Shown piece by piece: positions 42,771 through 52,885 of a stretch of DNA of 64,000 nucleotides. The position numbers and the translations under genes were made by a program. The stretch is taken from positions 1 through 64,000 of the forward strand of contig CAVWLW010000061.1 in the NCBI GenBank assembly GCA_963755715.1. Reading direction: 5' to 3'. The number at the start of each line of letters is the position of its first letter. The first letter of the stretch is position 1. The notes beneath the pieces were generated by a model. The model had not been told where the DNA came from and did no database searches. It was given only the letters and a program-made list of their open reading frames with translations. The stretch comes from an uncultured delta proteobacterium. GTDB taxonomy: Bacteria > Desulfobacterota > Binatia > UBA9968.

Positions 42771-43346
42771 ATGATTAAAATTCTTTGCTTGATCTTAGTT
42801 TTCAGCTTGGGTGTTTTTCCCGTCCTCGGGATTGCCGCCAACGCGCCGGAACTCACTGCCTGCGGCATCGTCACGGGAGCTGATGCTCAGACATTCATCG
42901 GCAGTCCGCTCGATGTAAAGGAGTCCGCCAAGGTGCCTACAGCGGAAGGCGCGAGCTCCTACACATCAGTTTGCAGTTACCTCGGCCGCGGCGAAAACTT
43001 TCAGGAAATGTTGACGGCTTCGCGCGTCCTCGACATTACCCTCCATTTCCTAGATACGGCGGACGCAACAGCGCAAATATACGAGAACTCTTTCGAGCAG
43101 TACCGCCAAAGAATCAATTCGCCGGATCTGCCGTTCACAAACGCAACCATCACCCCCATCACCGGCTTCGGCGACAAAGCATTCCTGCTCGAAGCCGTCA
43201 CGGATACGAAAACCGGTTTTAGATCCGCTTTGATTGTGTTTTACAAAGGTAGGGTCGCGGGCAGCGTCGCCGCATGGAACAAACCTAAATCCTCAGTGGA
43301 AACGACGAAAACCGTTCTGAAGCACATCCTCAGCAAGTTACCCTAA
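42771..43346 (+). CDS. Secreted hypothetical protein (DUF3558-like), paralog 1
   Basis: Signal peptide; ACG.VT.ADAQ, C.Y, GFGD.AF; highly similar to the next gene. Confidence 0.75.
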   Translation: MIKILCLILVFSLGVFPVLGIAANAPELTACGIVTGADAQTFIGSPLDVKESAKVPTAEGASSYTSVCSYLGRGENFQEMLTASRVLDITLHFLDTADATAQIYENSFEQYRQRINSPDLPFTNATITPITGFGDKAFLLEAVTDTKTGFRSALIVFYKGRVAGSVAAWNKPKSSVETTKTVLKHILSKLP

Positions 43347-43377
43347 GCTCGATTTGTCAGACTGCTGAAAACCGCCA

Positions 43378-44104
43378 ATGAAAAAACTGATGGGTTTATG
43401 CTCGCTGCTGATTCGCCGGATTTTTACTCACTCAACCTGTAGATTCCCAAACGGACTTTTTCAAAGGCAAGCAGATCCAAAACGTCGGCGGCTTTACTGC
43501 TGGCGGCATCATCGATCCGTGGGCGCGGCGAGACGCTCAATATATGAAAGACCTGGTCGTGCAAAACATCGCTGCCAGCGGTTCGATGAGCGCCGCCAAC
43601 ACGGCCGAGCCGACTGCCTGCGGTATCGTTACTGCTGCAGATGCCCAGAGACTCGTCGGCGGGCCGCTCGACGTGAAGGAATTCGCCAAAGTGCCGACCG
43701 CCAACGGTCCCGGCACCTACGATTCGATTTGCACTTACATCGCCAAAGGCGGCGACCCGGAGAATCCTGTGACCGCGCCTCGCCTGCTCGATCTGACCTT
43801 GCATTTTTTGAATTCGGCCGAAGAAATGAAAAACGTCTATGAGGCCTCGATCGAACAATATAGACAGATGGCCACGGCGCCCGACGCGCCATTTAAGAAC
43901 GCCACGATCACCCCTCTCTCCGGATTCGGCGATCGAGCGTTTGTTCTCGAAGCGGTGACCGATCCGAAAACGGGCTATAAATCGGCCCTGATCGTTTTTT
44001 ACAAAGGTCGAGTCGGCGGCAGCGTCGGCGCCTGGAAGAAACCGGATTCGTCGTTGGAGACGACCAAAACAGTTTTGCGACATATTTTGAGCAAGCTGCC
44101 GTAG
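43378..44104 (+). CDS. Paralog 2 with a TctC/Bug-derived N-terminus (frameshift near 43414)
   Basis: Removing one base gives MKKLMGLCSLLIAGFLLTQPVDSQTDFFKGKQIQNVGGFTAGGIIDPWAR..VVQNI..SGSMSAAN, then the paralog domain. Confidence 0.75.
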
Positions 44105-44153
44105 CACTCAACATCTCAAACCATCGTAATTTACGTTAGAAAGGTAACTAACC

Positions 44154-44951
44154 ATGCTCACATCCATCAAAATAGATAACCGAATAAACGCTCATCTCGG
44201 CATTCCCAGCGGCGCGGGCAAGAAACCGGTCGTCATTCATCTGCACGAGCGCTACGGCATCGTGCAGCACACGACGGACCTGGGACAAAAATTCGTCGAC
44301 GCCGGTTATGTCACGATCGTGCCGGATTTCTTTTCGCGCTTCACCGGCGATCGCGAGGCGCTGGCGCGCGGCGATGATCGCTGCGAGCTGAACGATGACG
44401 AAGTTTTGCTCGATCTCGACGCCGTGGTGAATCATCTACGCACGGTACCCGAAGCGGATCTAAGCAAGATCGCCATGTCCGGCGTCTGCCAGACCGGACG
44501 GCAGCCGATTTTGGCCGCAGCCAAGCGCAATGATATTCGCGCCGCTGTCGTCCTTTATGGCGCGGTCTACGACGCCGACTGGAAATCGCACCCGATCCGG
44601 CCGGAACCGATCGATAAGCTCATGCAAGAGATTAAATGTCCGCTCACCGCCGTATTCGGCGAACTCGACAACCTCATCCATCGCGACAATATCGTGCGCA
44701 TGTTCACGGTATTGGCCGCGGCAAAGAAGAGCTTCGACATTCGTATTTATGCCGACGCGCCGCACGGTTTCTTGAACGACACCATGCCCGGAAGGTTTCG
44801 CCCCGCTCAGACCGAAGCCGCGTGGCAACAAATCACTTCGTTCCTGAAATCGGTTTTCGCCGGGGAATGGAAAAAAGAGCGCGCGATCTGGCGCTTTCAA
44901 GCCGATAGCTCCATGAACTACGACTTTGCCACGATGAAACGTTGGGAGTAG
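44154..44951 (+). CDS. Dienelactone hydrolase family protein
   Basis: HE.YG, GY....PD.F, G.C..G nucleophile elbow, GE.D, Y.DAPHGF. Confidence 0.9.
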   Translation: MLTSIKIDNRINAHLGIPSGAGKKPVVIHLHERYGIVQHTTDLGQKFVDAGYVTIVPDFFSRFTGDREALARGDDRCELNDDEVLLDLDAVVNHLRTVPEADLSKIAMSGVCQTGRQPILAAAKRNDIRAAVVLYGAVYDADWKSHPIRPEPIDKLMQEIKCPLTAVFGELDNLIHRDNIVRMFTVLAAAKKSFDIRIYADAPHGFLNDTMPGRFRPAQTEAAWQQITSFLKSVFAGEWKKERAIWRFQADSSMNYDFATMKRWE

Positions 44952-45049
44952 TCGGCGCATTGCGCCGAATCCCAGATTGCATATTCTAGATTTTCCCTAT
45001 CGACAATTTGAGATCTGGAATTTGTAGATCTGCGCATGCGCCAGGCACC

Positions 45050-45079
45050 TTGACAGTCGCACCCAGCGGCGAATAGAGT
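45050..45079 (+). promoter_or_regulatory. Putative sigma70 promoter
   Basis: TTGACA-18 nt-TAGAGT upstream of the GGAGG RBS at 45096. Confidence 0.5.
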
Positions 45080-45107
45080 TCTTCGCAGTTAGCCCGGAGG
45101 CACCGCT

Positions 45108-45950
45108 ACGGCGAAGCAAGAACAAGATACTGTCGATCTCGTTTCGGTCGACGAGTCGAATCCGCTGACGACGAACCGGCTGTGGCAACGATCGCGCAAA
45201 CTGGTTTCCGACTGGCTCGGCGTTATCGGTATCGTTTCTTTTTTTCTTGGTTGGGAGGTGGCGACCCGCCTCGAAATTCTCAATCCCTTCTATTTTCCGC
45301 CCTTCAGCAAGATTGTCCTTAAAGGCTACGAACTTTTCGCCAACGGCTCTATTTGGGAGCACCTGTGGTTCAGCCTGACCAATTTCGCAATCGGTCTTAC
45401 CGTTTCGATCGTAATCGGTGTGCTTCTTGGCGTGCCGATGGGTTGGTATAAAAACGTCAGTAAAACGTTCGACCCGCTGCTCTCGGGAATTTATGCTACG
45501 CCGCTGATCGCGCTGCTACCGTTGATTATCATGCTTTTCGGTCTCGGCTCGATCTCGAAAATTATTATGACGGTCCTCGCCGCCGTGTTTCCGATCCTTA
45601 TCAACACGATGGTCGGCATCGCGAATACTGATGTCCGGCTGATCACCATGGCGCGCGCTTTCGGCGCGAGGGACAGCCAAATTTTTCTCAAGGTTTCATT
45701 GCCGGGCTCGTTGCCTTATATCGTCGCGGGAATACGCGTCGCGCTCGGGCGCGCTTTGGTCTATATCGTGGTCGCCGAGCAATACGGCGCAGCCATGGGC
45801 CTTGGTTATCTGAGCTCGGTGGCGGCGCAGCGTTTCCAAATGGCGGCAATGTTCGTGCCGATTATCATCATTGCCGGACTCGGCGCCGGCTTGACCGAAT
45901 TGCTGAAATTGTTAGAGCGGCGTCTGGACAAATGGAAGCCGGAGAAATAA
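45108..45950 (+). CDS. ABC permease, SsuC/TauC-like
   Basis: WE, FPP.S, P.IALLPL, FPILINT..G, ARAFGA, LPG.LP.I..G.R, VVAE; frame is open back to an ACG placed 7 nt after GGAGG. Confidence 0.9.
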   Translation, partial: TAKQEQDTVDLVSVDESNPLTTNRLWQRSRKLVSDWLGVIGIVSFFLGWEVATRLEILNPFYFPPFSKIVLKGYELFANGSIWEHLWFSLTNFAIGLTVSIVIGVLLGVPMGWYKNVSKTFDPLLSGIYATPLIALLPLIIMLFGLGSISKIIMTVLAAVFPILINTMVGIANTDVRLITMARAFGARDSQIFLKVSLPGSLPYIVAGIRVALGRALVYIVVAEQYGAAMGLGYLSSVAAQRFQMAAMFVPIIIIAGLGAGLTELLKLLERRLDKWKPEK

Positions 45951-45975
45951 TTCGCAACAGGATCGGGAGGAATGG

Positions 45976-46974
45976 ATGAAGCTAGACGCGAAGTATCTGT
46001 CATACTTGTTTTTGCTCATTTCGATGATGATGGGAATACAACCTGACTCGGTGGACGCTCAACTCAAAAAGATGATCGTTGGGCAGGCGGGCGTAAACCC
46101 TGGCGCGGGACTGTTCAGTATCGCGGTCAATCAAGGGCTTTATAAAAAGCACGGGCTCGACGTCGAAATCATCAAGACCAATACTGCGGCCGCGGTGCAA
46201 GCGATGCTCGCCGGCAAGATGCAGATGGCGACGGGAGCGGGCGCCGCCGCTTTCGTTACGGCCACCCTCGAAGGCGCGCCGCCGTTTGTCTTGGTGGCCT
46301 CTTGGGTCAATGTCTTTCCTTATAAGATCATGGCGCAGAAAAGCATCCAGAAAGTCGAAGATCTCAAAGGCAAGACCGGTCACGTCGGCGCGCCCTTCGG
46401 CACGATCCCCGACACGGCTTTGCGATTTGCTTTGACTCGGCTGAAAATCGATCCCGACAAGGACGTCAAGTTGGTCCAGCATTCGGGCGCCGATCCGGCG
46501 AGCATCCTCGCGGCGATGGAAAAAGGCGAGGTGCAGTTCGGCATTCTCGCGCCGCCCTTCGATCTGATCGCGGAGAAGCGCGGCTACACGATGCTGCTCG
46601 CGCTGCCCGGCTTGGGAATTCCCTGGCAGCAAAACGGCGAGCTGGTGCCGGCTTCGTATCTAAAAAGCAACCGCGACAACGTCCTGCGCCTGCTGCGCGC
46701 CACTGCCGAGGCGGAAAAATTTTATTTCGATCAGAAAGAAAAAACCATCGAGATCATGACCGAATACTTGGGCCGGCCGCGCGACGAAACCGAATACGCC
46801 TACAACCAGTTCAAGCGCTGGACCGACCGCATCCCACGACCGCAGGTCGACACAATCAAAACGACGCTCGAAGCGATCAAGAAAAATACCCCCAAAGCGG
46901 CAACCGCCAACGCCGCGTCGTTCGTTGACACGAGCCTCGTCGATCAGTTGGTGAAGGAAGGCTACTACAAGTAA
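45976..46974 (+). CDS. ABC SBP, NMT1/THI5-like
   Basis: GLYKKHGLDVE, EDLKGK, IDPDKDV, FVD.SLV..L.KEG. Confidence 0.9.
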   Translation: MKLDAKYLSYLFLLISMMMGIQPDSVDAQLKKMIVGQAGVNPGAGLFSIAVNQGLYKKHGLDVEIIKTNTAAAVQAMLAGKMQMATGAGAAAFVTATLEGAPPFVLVASWVNVFPYKIMAQKSIQKVEDLKGKTGHVGAPFGTIPDTALRFALTRLKIDPDKDVKLVQHSGADPASILAAMEKGEVQFGILAPPFDLIAEKRGYTMLLALPGLGIPWQQNGELVPASYLKSNRDNVLRLLRATAEAEKFYFDQKEKTIEIMTEYLGRPRDETEYAYNQFKRWTDRIPRPQVDTIKTTLEAIKKNTPKAATANAASFVDTSLVDQLVKEGYYK

Positions 46975-47123
46975 ATGCCGGGCGGCTGCGAGGATCGAAG
47001 ATAAAGTATCGAGGATTGTGACTCTTCGATCTTCTATCCTCGATTCCGCCCCGTCGCAATTTGACCCAAACTAATGCGGGTGTTAGCATCCCGCGAGGTT
47101 TTTGCTGAAGGAGAATTTGATTC

Positions 47124-48257
47124 GTGAAACTCTATAACTTCGATCTTCTCGCCTATCCCCACGTGCCCAAAGAAGCGCCGCGCACGCCGGTGCCGAGCAG
47201 CTTCTTCGATCCGCTCAAAGGCGCGGCGAACTATGCCGAGCATCTGGAAGAGATGGCGTATTGCGAAGAGTTGGGTTTCGACGGCGTCGTTTTCAACGAG
47301 CACCACTACAGCGCCTACGGCACGATGCCGTCGCCGAATCTGATCGCGTCGGCGCTCAGCCAAAAGACCAAGAAAATAAAAATCGGTGTGCTCGGTAATA
47401 TTCTGCCGCTGCGCAACCATCCCGTGCGCGTCGCCGAAGAATACGCGATGATCGACTGCCTGAGTAACGGCCGGCTGATCGCGGGGTTCGTCCGCGGCAT
47501 TCCTCCGGAATACATCTGGTACGGCGTCAACCCCGCAGAGTCGCGCGGACGATTCCAAGAAGCCTATGACCTGATCATGACCGCGTGGACACAATCCGTG
47601 TGGAGCTTCGAAGGCGAGTTCTTCAAGCTCAAAGACTGCGCGATCTGGCCGCGTCCCGTGCAACAGCCGCACCCGCCGATCTGGATCGCCGCGCGCAGCG
47701 CCGAGTCGATCGAATGGTGCGTCAAGCGTCACCTGCCGTGCGCCCAGGTCTATCAAACCACCGGACAGATCGAAGACACCTTCGGCTATTATCGGACGAA
47801 GGCGAACGAAGATGGCTGGCACGCTGGGCCGGACAAATTCATTCTCTGCCGGCATATCTATATCGACGAGAGCGAACAGAAGGCGCGCGAATTCGGCGAT
47901 CCGGCGATGCGCTACTTCTTCACGGTCTTCAATCGCGGCTTCAACGAAGCGATCAACAAGGGCGCGGTGGATCAGAAACTGACGGCTGCTTTAATAAGCG
48001 AACGCTCTTTCAGCTATTTCCGCGAAGGCAACCGCGAGCGCCACGATTTTTCCAAGCTCGATTGGCAAGGCCTCATCGACAGCGGCTATTTGATCGCCGG
48101 CAATCCCGACAGCGTCGCGAAACAGATTCAAAGCCAGATGAAGCAAATCGGCGCGGATCATTTCATGGGCATGTTCCACATCGGCAACTTGGCGCACGAC
48201 AAAGTCGTCAACTCGCTCAATCTTTTCAAAAAAGAGATCATGCCGCGACTGCACTAG
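47124..48257 (+). CDS. LLM-class luciferase-like monooxygenase
   Basis: EELGFDG..FNEHH, P.P...A, P.RVAEE.A..D.LS.GRL..G..RG, WPRP.QQPHPPIW. Confidence 0.93.
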   Translation: MKLYNFDLLAYPHVPKEAPRTPVPSSFFDPLKGAANYAEHLEEMAYCEELGFDGVVFNEHHYSAYGTMPSPNLIASALSQKTKKIKIGVLGNILPLRNHPVRVAEEYAMIDCLSNGRLIAGFVRGIPPEYIWYGVNPAESRGRFQEAYDLIMTAWTQSVWSFEGEFFKLKDCAIWPRPVQQPHPPIWIAARSAESIEWCVKRHLPCAQVYQTTGQIEDTFGYYRTKANEDGWHAGPDKFILCRHIYIDESEQKAREFGDPAMRYFFTVFNRGFNEAINKGAVDQKLTAALISERSFSYFREGNRERHDFSKLDWQGLIDSGYLIAGNPDSVAKQIQSQMKQIGADHFMGMFHIGNLAHDKVVNSLNLFKKEIMPRLH

Positions 48258-48390
48258 CAGATTGGTGAAAGAAGCTCGGAATGCTTCGACACGCTCAGCA
48301 TGAACGGAAAAACTTAACGATCGCAATGTGTGCCCGTTCGTCCTGAGCAACGTCGAAGGACTCCTAAAGAGTTTTTGAGCTACCTGCTAG
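48254..48390. mobile_element. MITE-like element bounded by CTAG, carrying a REP palindrome
   Basis: ctagcagattggtgaaa ... tttttgagctacctgctag imperfect terminal inverted repeats; internal cttcgacacgctcagcatgaacgg..ccgttcgtcctgagcaacgtcgaag. Confidence 0.7.
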
Positions 48391-48515
48391 CGCGTCGCCC
48401 AACGTGTTTGAGAACGAAATCTCACCGGCGCGTGTGAAGCTCACCGGGTTGCACACGCGCGTTGTCCGCGCTCTGTTTCCCCTCCATAAACCAAGTGCTA
48501 TATTTTCCATTCTAG

Positions 48516-49292
48516 ATGGCGGGCGATTGTAATCACACACGCGGTCGTGGCGAGCTTTGGAGCCGGCGTGACGTGCTCCTCTATATCGGCGCGATCACAG
48601 CGTCGGCAGCCGGATGCCGGCGCAGACGATCGCAACCTTCGGTGTGGACAGGCGCGGCAATTTCAACTGCTAAGGCGATTGCCGCTACGCCTCCGGCCTG
48701 CGTCGTTCGTCCCGAACAAACAGAAGGGCCGTACTTCATCGACGAGAAACTCAACCGCTCCGACATCCGCGTCGACCCGTCCGACAAATCCGTCAAAGCC
48801 GGCGTGCCGCTGCGCTTGGAATTTCACGTGTCGCATATCGGCGGCGGCGCCTGCACTCCGCTCAGCGGCGCGATCATCGATATTTGGCATTGCGACGCGC
48901 TCGGCGTTTATTCGGACGTGCGCGACGCGGGTTTTGACACCCGCGGCAAAAAGTTCTTGCGCGGCTATCAACAGACCGACGCCAAAGGCGCCGCGCAATT
49001 TTTCACCATCTACCCCGGTTGGTACGCAGGCCGGGCAGTGCATATCCATTTTAAAATCCGCAGCGCCGCGCCATCGGCGCGCCATCAAACATTCACATCG
49101 CAACTTTACTTCGACGAAGCCGTTACCGACCAAATCTTCAAGCAAGCGCCGTACAATGGCAAAGACGGCCGCAGGACGATGAACAACGGCGATTCCATTT
49201 TCCGCCGCGATGGCAAGGAACTGCTGCTCGTGCCCGCGAAAACTCCACAAGGCTACAGCGCCACATTCGACATCGGCCTCCAGCTCGGCTGA
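48516..49292 (+). CDS. Intradiol ring-cleavage dioxygenase family protein, Tat-like leader
   Basis: SRRD.L, TEGPYF, IWHCDA.G.YS, LRG.Q.TD, TIYPGWY.GR..HIHFK, TSQLYF. Confidence 0.9.
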   Translation: MAGDCNHTRGRGELWSRRDVLLYIGAITASAAGCRRRRSQPSVWTGAAISTAKAIAATPPACVVRPEQTEGPYFIDEKLNRSDIRVDPSDKSVKAGVPLRLEFHVSHIGGGACTPLSGAIIDIWHCDALGVYSDVRDAGFDTRGKKFLRGYQQTDAKGAAQFFTIYPGWYAGRAVHIHFKIRSAAPSARHQTFTSQLYFDEAVTDQIFKQAPYNGKDGRRTMNNGDSIFRRDGKELLLVPAKTPQGYSATFDIGLQLG

Positions 49293-49574
49293 GCGTCATT
49301 TTCGAAACCAAGCCGGCAGAGAACCTGTTTTCTCACCGGGCCAGCGTTGAACTGGCGGATTTGCTGCCCGTCCGAGAAACTTCGTCTAGCGCAGTTTTTC
49401 AGAAGTTTCCTCTTGGCGCGCGATGCAGCGCGTTCAATGCATGATCGGATGATATCTTCGTCTTCGCGTTCCTTAATGCGTGCCAGATTCCGACGGGCGC
49501 TCGTCTGATAAACTATTGACAACCTGCGGTCCCTCTCATATCTCCATTGAGAGATTGGCATCGGAAAGGCATCC

Positions 49575-51686
49575 ATGACGGCAAAAAAGAATTACATCAT
49601 CGGCGTCGATACCGGCGGAACATTTACGGACGTGGTCGTGTTGGGCGGTTCAGGCGAAGTGTGCACGGCCAAGGCCTCGACCACTCCCGACGATTTTTCG
49701 CGCGGTGTCATGGACGCCGTGCAAGAGGCCGCCGGCGCCCTCGGCGTGGACACGAGCGAATTGCTCGGTCAGACGAGTCTCTTCAAGCACGGCAGCACGG
49801 TCGCTACCAATGCGTTGATCACGCACAACGGCTGCAAGGTCGGGCTGATCACCACCAAAGGATTTGAAGACACGACCGAGATCATGCGCGCCATCGGCCG
49901 CGTCGACGGTCTCTCCGACGACGAGATCAAACACGTCACCTGGATCACCAAGCCGGAACCGTTCGTCCCCAGAGAGCGCATCCTTGGCGTGCGCGAACGC
50001 ATGGATTATCAGGGCAACGAAATCGTGCCGCTCAACCGGGATGATGTGATGGAGGCGATTCGGCGGCTCATGCAGGAAGACAAAGTCGACGCCATCGCCG
50101 TAAGCCTCATGCATGCATGGGCCAATCCACGGCATGAAGAAGAGATTCGCGCGCTCACCGCGGAAGCGGACCCGCAGAGAAAAGTCTATTGGTCCTTCGG
50201 TAGCTCCCTGTCGCAAGTCGCCGGCGAGTACGCGCGCACCAACACGGCTATTCTGAATTCGTATCTGGGGCCGACGGTCGAAGGCTACTTAAAAGATCTC
50301 GAGAGCAAATTGCAGAGCGGCGGGCTCAAAGGGCCGCTCCTGATTATGCAAGGCAACGGCGGCGTGGCGCATCGCGAGCACGTGAGCGCGATCGCCAATC
50401 TGCAGTCCGGTCCGGCGGGCGGCATGATCGCGGCGGCTTTCGTCGCCGGCTTGCTGAAACACAAGAACGTCATCACCACCGACATGGGCGGAACGAGCTT
50501 CGACGTCGGCCTGATCACCGAGGGCTACTGGCGCTACGCGCAGGAACCGATCGTCGAAAGATTTCGCATGCAACAGCCGATCATCGATATCGAATCGATC
50601 GGCGCGGGCGGTGGCACCATCGCGCAAGTCGAAGCCGAAACCGGCCGGCTGCTCGTCGGACCGCGCAGCGCCGGCGCGAGCCCCGGACCGGTTTGTTACG
50701 ACGCCGGCGGCGAGCAGGTCACCGTAACCGATTGCGATCTCGCCCTCGGCATCATCGATCCCGATTATTTTCTCGGCGGACGAAAGAGTCTGAACAAGGA
50801 CAAGGCGCTTCGAAGCATCGACGAGAACATCGCCCGACCGTTGAAGTTGAAAATCCATGAAGCCGCCGCCGGCGTCTACGATATTGTCAACGCCAAGATG
50901 TCCGATTTAATTCGTCGCCAGGTCGTACGCACGGGTTACCTGCCGGAGGAATTTGTCATCTATGCTTTCGGCGGTGCCGGTCCCGTGCATGCCGCGGGCT
51001 TTGCGGCGGAGCTTGGCATCAAGAAGATTTATATTTTCGCCACGTCGCCGGTTTTCTCCGCCTTCGGCGCCGCCGCCGCCGATGTCATCCGCACGCGCGT
51101 GATGAGCTGCCAGTACGTCATGCCCGCCGATCCTGCGGTGATCAACCAACGGCTCGATGCCATCGAAAAAGAAATGGCGGCGGCAATGACCGGCGAGGGA
51201 TTCAAGGCGAACCAGGTCGAATTTCGCCGCTATTTCACCATGCGCTATCGACGCCAAACGGCCGGCGTCGAGATGCCCGGGAGCTTCGATCGTTTCAACG
51301 CTAAGCGAATCACGGAAATGCAATCAGCCTTCGAGAAGAAATACCAAGAGCTCTACGGCGTCGGCGCCGGCTACGCCAAGGCGGGCATCGAGATCAGCGA
51401 GATCCGCGTCGACGCCGTCGGTAGAGTCGCCAAGCCAAAACTCACCGCGAAGCGCAAAAGCGGCGGCAACGCGCGCGCCGCGCTCAAGGGCAAACGCGCG
51501 GTGTTTTTTACCCGGCCCGAGCGCAAATTCATCGACACGCCGGTTTATGATTACGAGAAGCTCGCCGTCGGCGCGACCGTGCGCGGTCCAGGGATCATCG
51601 AGCTGCCATTTACCACGGCGCTGATACCGCCCGAGCATAAAGTCACCGTCGATCCGTTTATGAATCTGGTGCTGGAAGTGCCGTAG
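49575..51686 (+). CDS. Hydantoinase A/oxoprolinase family ATP-binding subunit (acetone carboxylase beta-like)
   Basis: GVDTGGTFTD, HG.TVATNA, SGPAGG, DMGGTSFD, IGAGGG, SAGA.PGP.CY, FGGAGP.H. Confidence 0.95.
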   Translation: MTAKKNYIIGVDTGGTFTDVVVLGGSGEVCTAKASTTPDDFSRGVMDAVQEAAGALGVDTSELLGQTSLFKHGSTVATNALITHNGCKVGLITTKGFEDTTEIMRAIGRVDGLSDDEIKHVTWITKPEPFVPRERILGVRERMDYQGNEIVPLNRDDVMEAIRRLMQEDKVDAIAVSLMHAWANPRHEEEIRALTAEADPQRKVYWSFGSSLSQVAGEYARTNTAILNSYLGPTVEGYLKDLESKLQSGGLKGPLLIMQGNGGVAHREHVSAIANLQSGPAGGMIAAAFVAGLLKHKNVITTDMGGTSFDVGLITEGYWRYAQEPIVERFRMQQPIIDIESIGAGGGTIAQVEAETGRLLVGPRSAGASPGPVCYDAGGEQVTVTDCDLALGIIDPDYFLGGRKSLNKDKALRSIDENIARPLKLKIHEAAAGVYDIVNAKMSDLIRRQVVRTGYLPEEFVIYAFGGAGPVHAAGFAAELGIKKIYIFATSPVFSAFGAAAADVIRTRVMSCQYVMPADPAVINQRLDAIEKEMAAAMTGEGFKANQVEFRRYFTMRYRRQTAGVEMPGSFDRFNAKRITEMQSAFEKKYQELYGVGAGYAKAGIEISEIRVDAVGRVAKPKLTAKRKSGGNARAALKGKRAVFFTRPERKFIDTPVYDYEKLAVGATVRGPGIIELPFTTALIPPEHKVTVDPFMNLVLEVP

Positions 51687-51691
51687 GAAGA

Positions 51692-51797
51692 TTGGAGTGA
51701 TGGAGTACTGGAATGTTGGAGTGATGGGTAATCGGATCGCCGCGCTTCTCTGTGTTGCATTTACCAATACTCCACTACTCCAACACTCCAATACTCC
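51692..51797. repeat. Inverted arrays of TGGAGTRN octamers
   Basis: tggagtga tggagtac tggaatgt tggagtga ... atactcca ctactcca acactcca atactcc; degenerate relative at about 15353-15390. Confidence 0.85.
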
Positions 51798-51813
51798 CGG
51801 GGAGGGGAACCGT

Positions 51814-52812
51814 ATGCAAACCTTTGTGCCGCTCCAGCGCGTGAAGCTTCTATCTTTCGTATTGGCGGTTCTGTTATTTGTCGTCGGGGTGGTCGCGGCC
51901 TCCGCCCAGCCCGTGCGCATCGCCGTCGGCGCGGCCAGTGTCGCTTCATTGCCGACTTGGGTGGCTCAAGATGGCGGCTACTTCGCGCGCGAGGGCGTAC
52001 CCGCCGAATTGATTTACATCCGTGGCGGGCCACAAACCATGTCGGCGCTGATCAGCGGCGAGGTTCCCTTTGCCCAGATCTACGGCGGCGCGCTCGTGGC
52101 CGCGGGGCTAACCGGCGCCGACGTCGTGATCGTCGCGGGATTGATCAATCAGCCATTTTTCTCGATTGTCACGATCAAAGGAATCGATAAACCCGAAGAT
52201 CTGCGCGGCAAGAAAATCGGCATCAGCACCTTCGGCTCGGCGACGGATTTTGCCCTGCGCTTGGCGCTAAAAAAATGGGGCATCAAGGCGGATAGCGAAG
52301 TGAGTATTTTACAAATGCGCGGCGTGCCGGAAATCTTACCGGCGATGGCTTCCGGCTCGCTGCACGGCGGCGTGATGTCGCCGCCGACCAACATGATCGC
52401 GATCCGCGCGGGTTTTAAAGAGCTGGTTTTTCTGCCGCAAATCGGCATCTCGTTTCAGCACACCAGTCTGGCGACGAGCAGAAAATATTTGGAGAGAAAC
52501 CGCGCCAGCGCGCTGAAAGTCCTGAGAGCTTACCGCGCCGCCATCGAACGCATCAAGGCGGACAAGGCGTTTACCATCAAAACTCTTTCCAAGTACATGA
52601 GCACCCAGGACAACGTCGTGTTGGATTACAGCTACAACACCGGCCTGCCGCTGTTTCGCCCGCTGCCCTACCCGACGCTCGAGGGCATTCAAGCCGCGCT
52701 CGATTTTCTCGCGGACAAAGATCCGAAGGCCAAACAGGCGCAACCGAAAGATTTCGTCGATACGTCGTTGTTGGACGAGCTAGCGAAAACGCCGACCATA
52801 GAGAAGCGATGA
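51814..52812 (+). CDS. ABC SBP, NMT1/THI5-like
   Basis: WVAQDGGYFAREG, DLRGKKIGIS.FGSATD, PYPTLEGIQ. Confidence 0.92.
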   Translation: MQTFVPLQRVKLLSFVLAVLLFVVGVVAASAQPVRIAVGAASVASLPTWVAQDGGYFAREGVPAELIYIRGGPQTMSALISGEVPFAQIYGGALVAAGLTGADVVIVAGLINQPFFSIVTIKGIDKPEDLRGKKIGISTFGSATDFALRLALKKWGIKADSEVSILQMRGVPEILPAMASGSLHGGVMSPPTNMIAIRAGFKELVFLPQIGISFQHTSLATSRKYLERNRASALKVLRAYRAAIERIKADKAFTIKTLSKYMSTQDNVVLDYSYNTGLPLFRPLPYPTLEGIQAALDFLADKDPKAKQAQPKDFVDTSLLDELAKTPTIEKR

Positions 52813-52885
52813 AGTTTGAGGGCGGGTTTTTCAACCGGCCGAAGCGGACAAGAACGTCCGTCCGCCTATAGGGAGCAACCGAAAG

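Noticed and set aside
51692-51797. Possible CRISPR array
   Set aside because: Units are 8 bp with no unique spacers, and there are no cas genes
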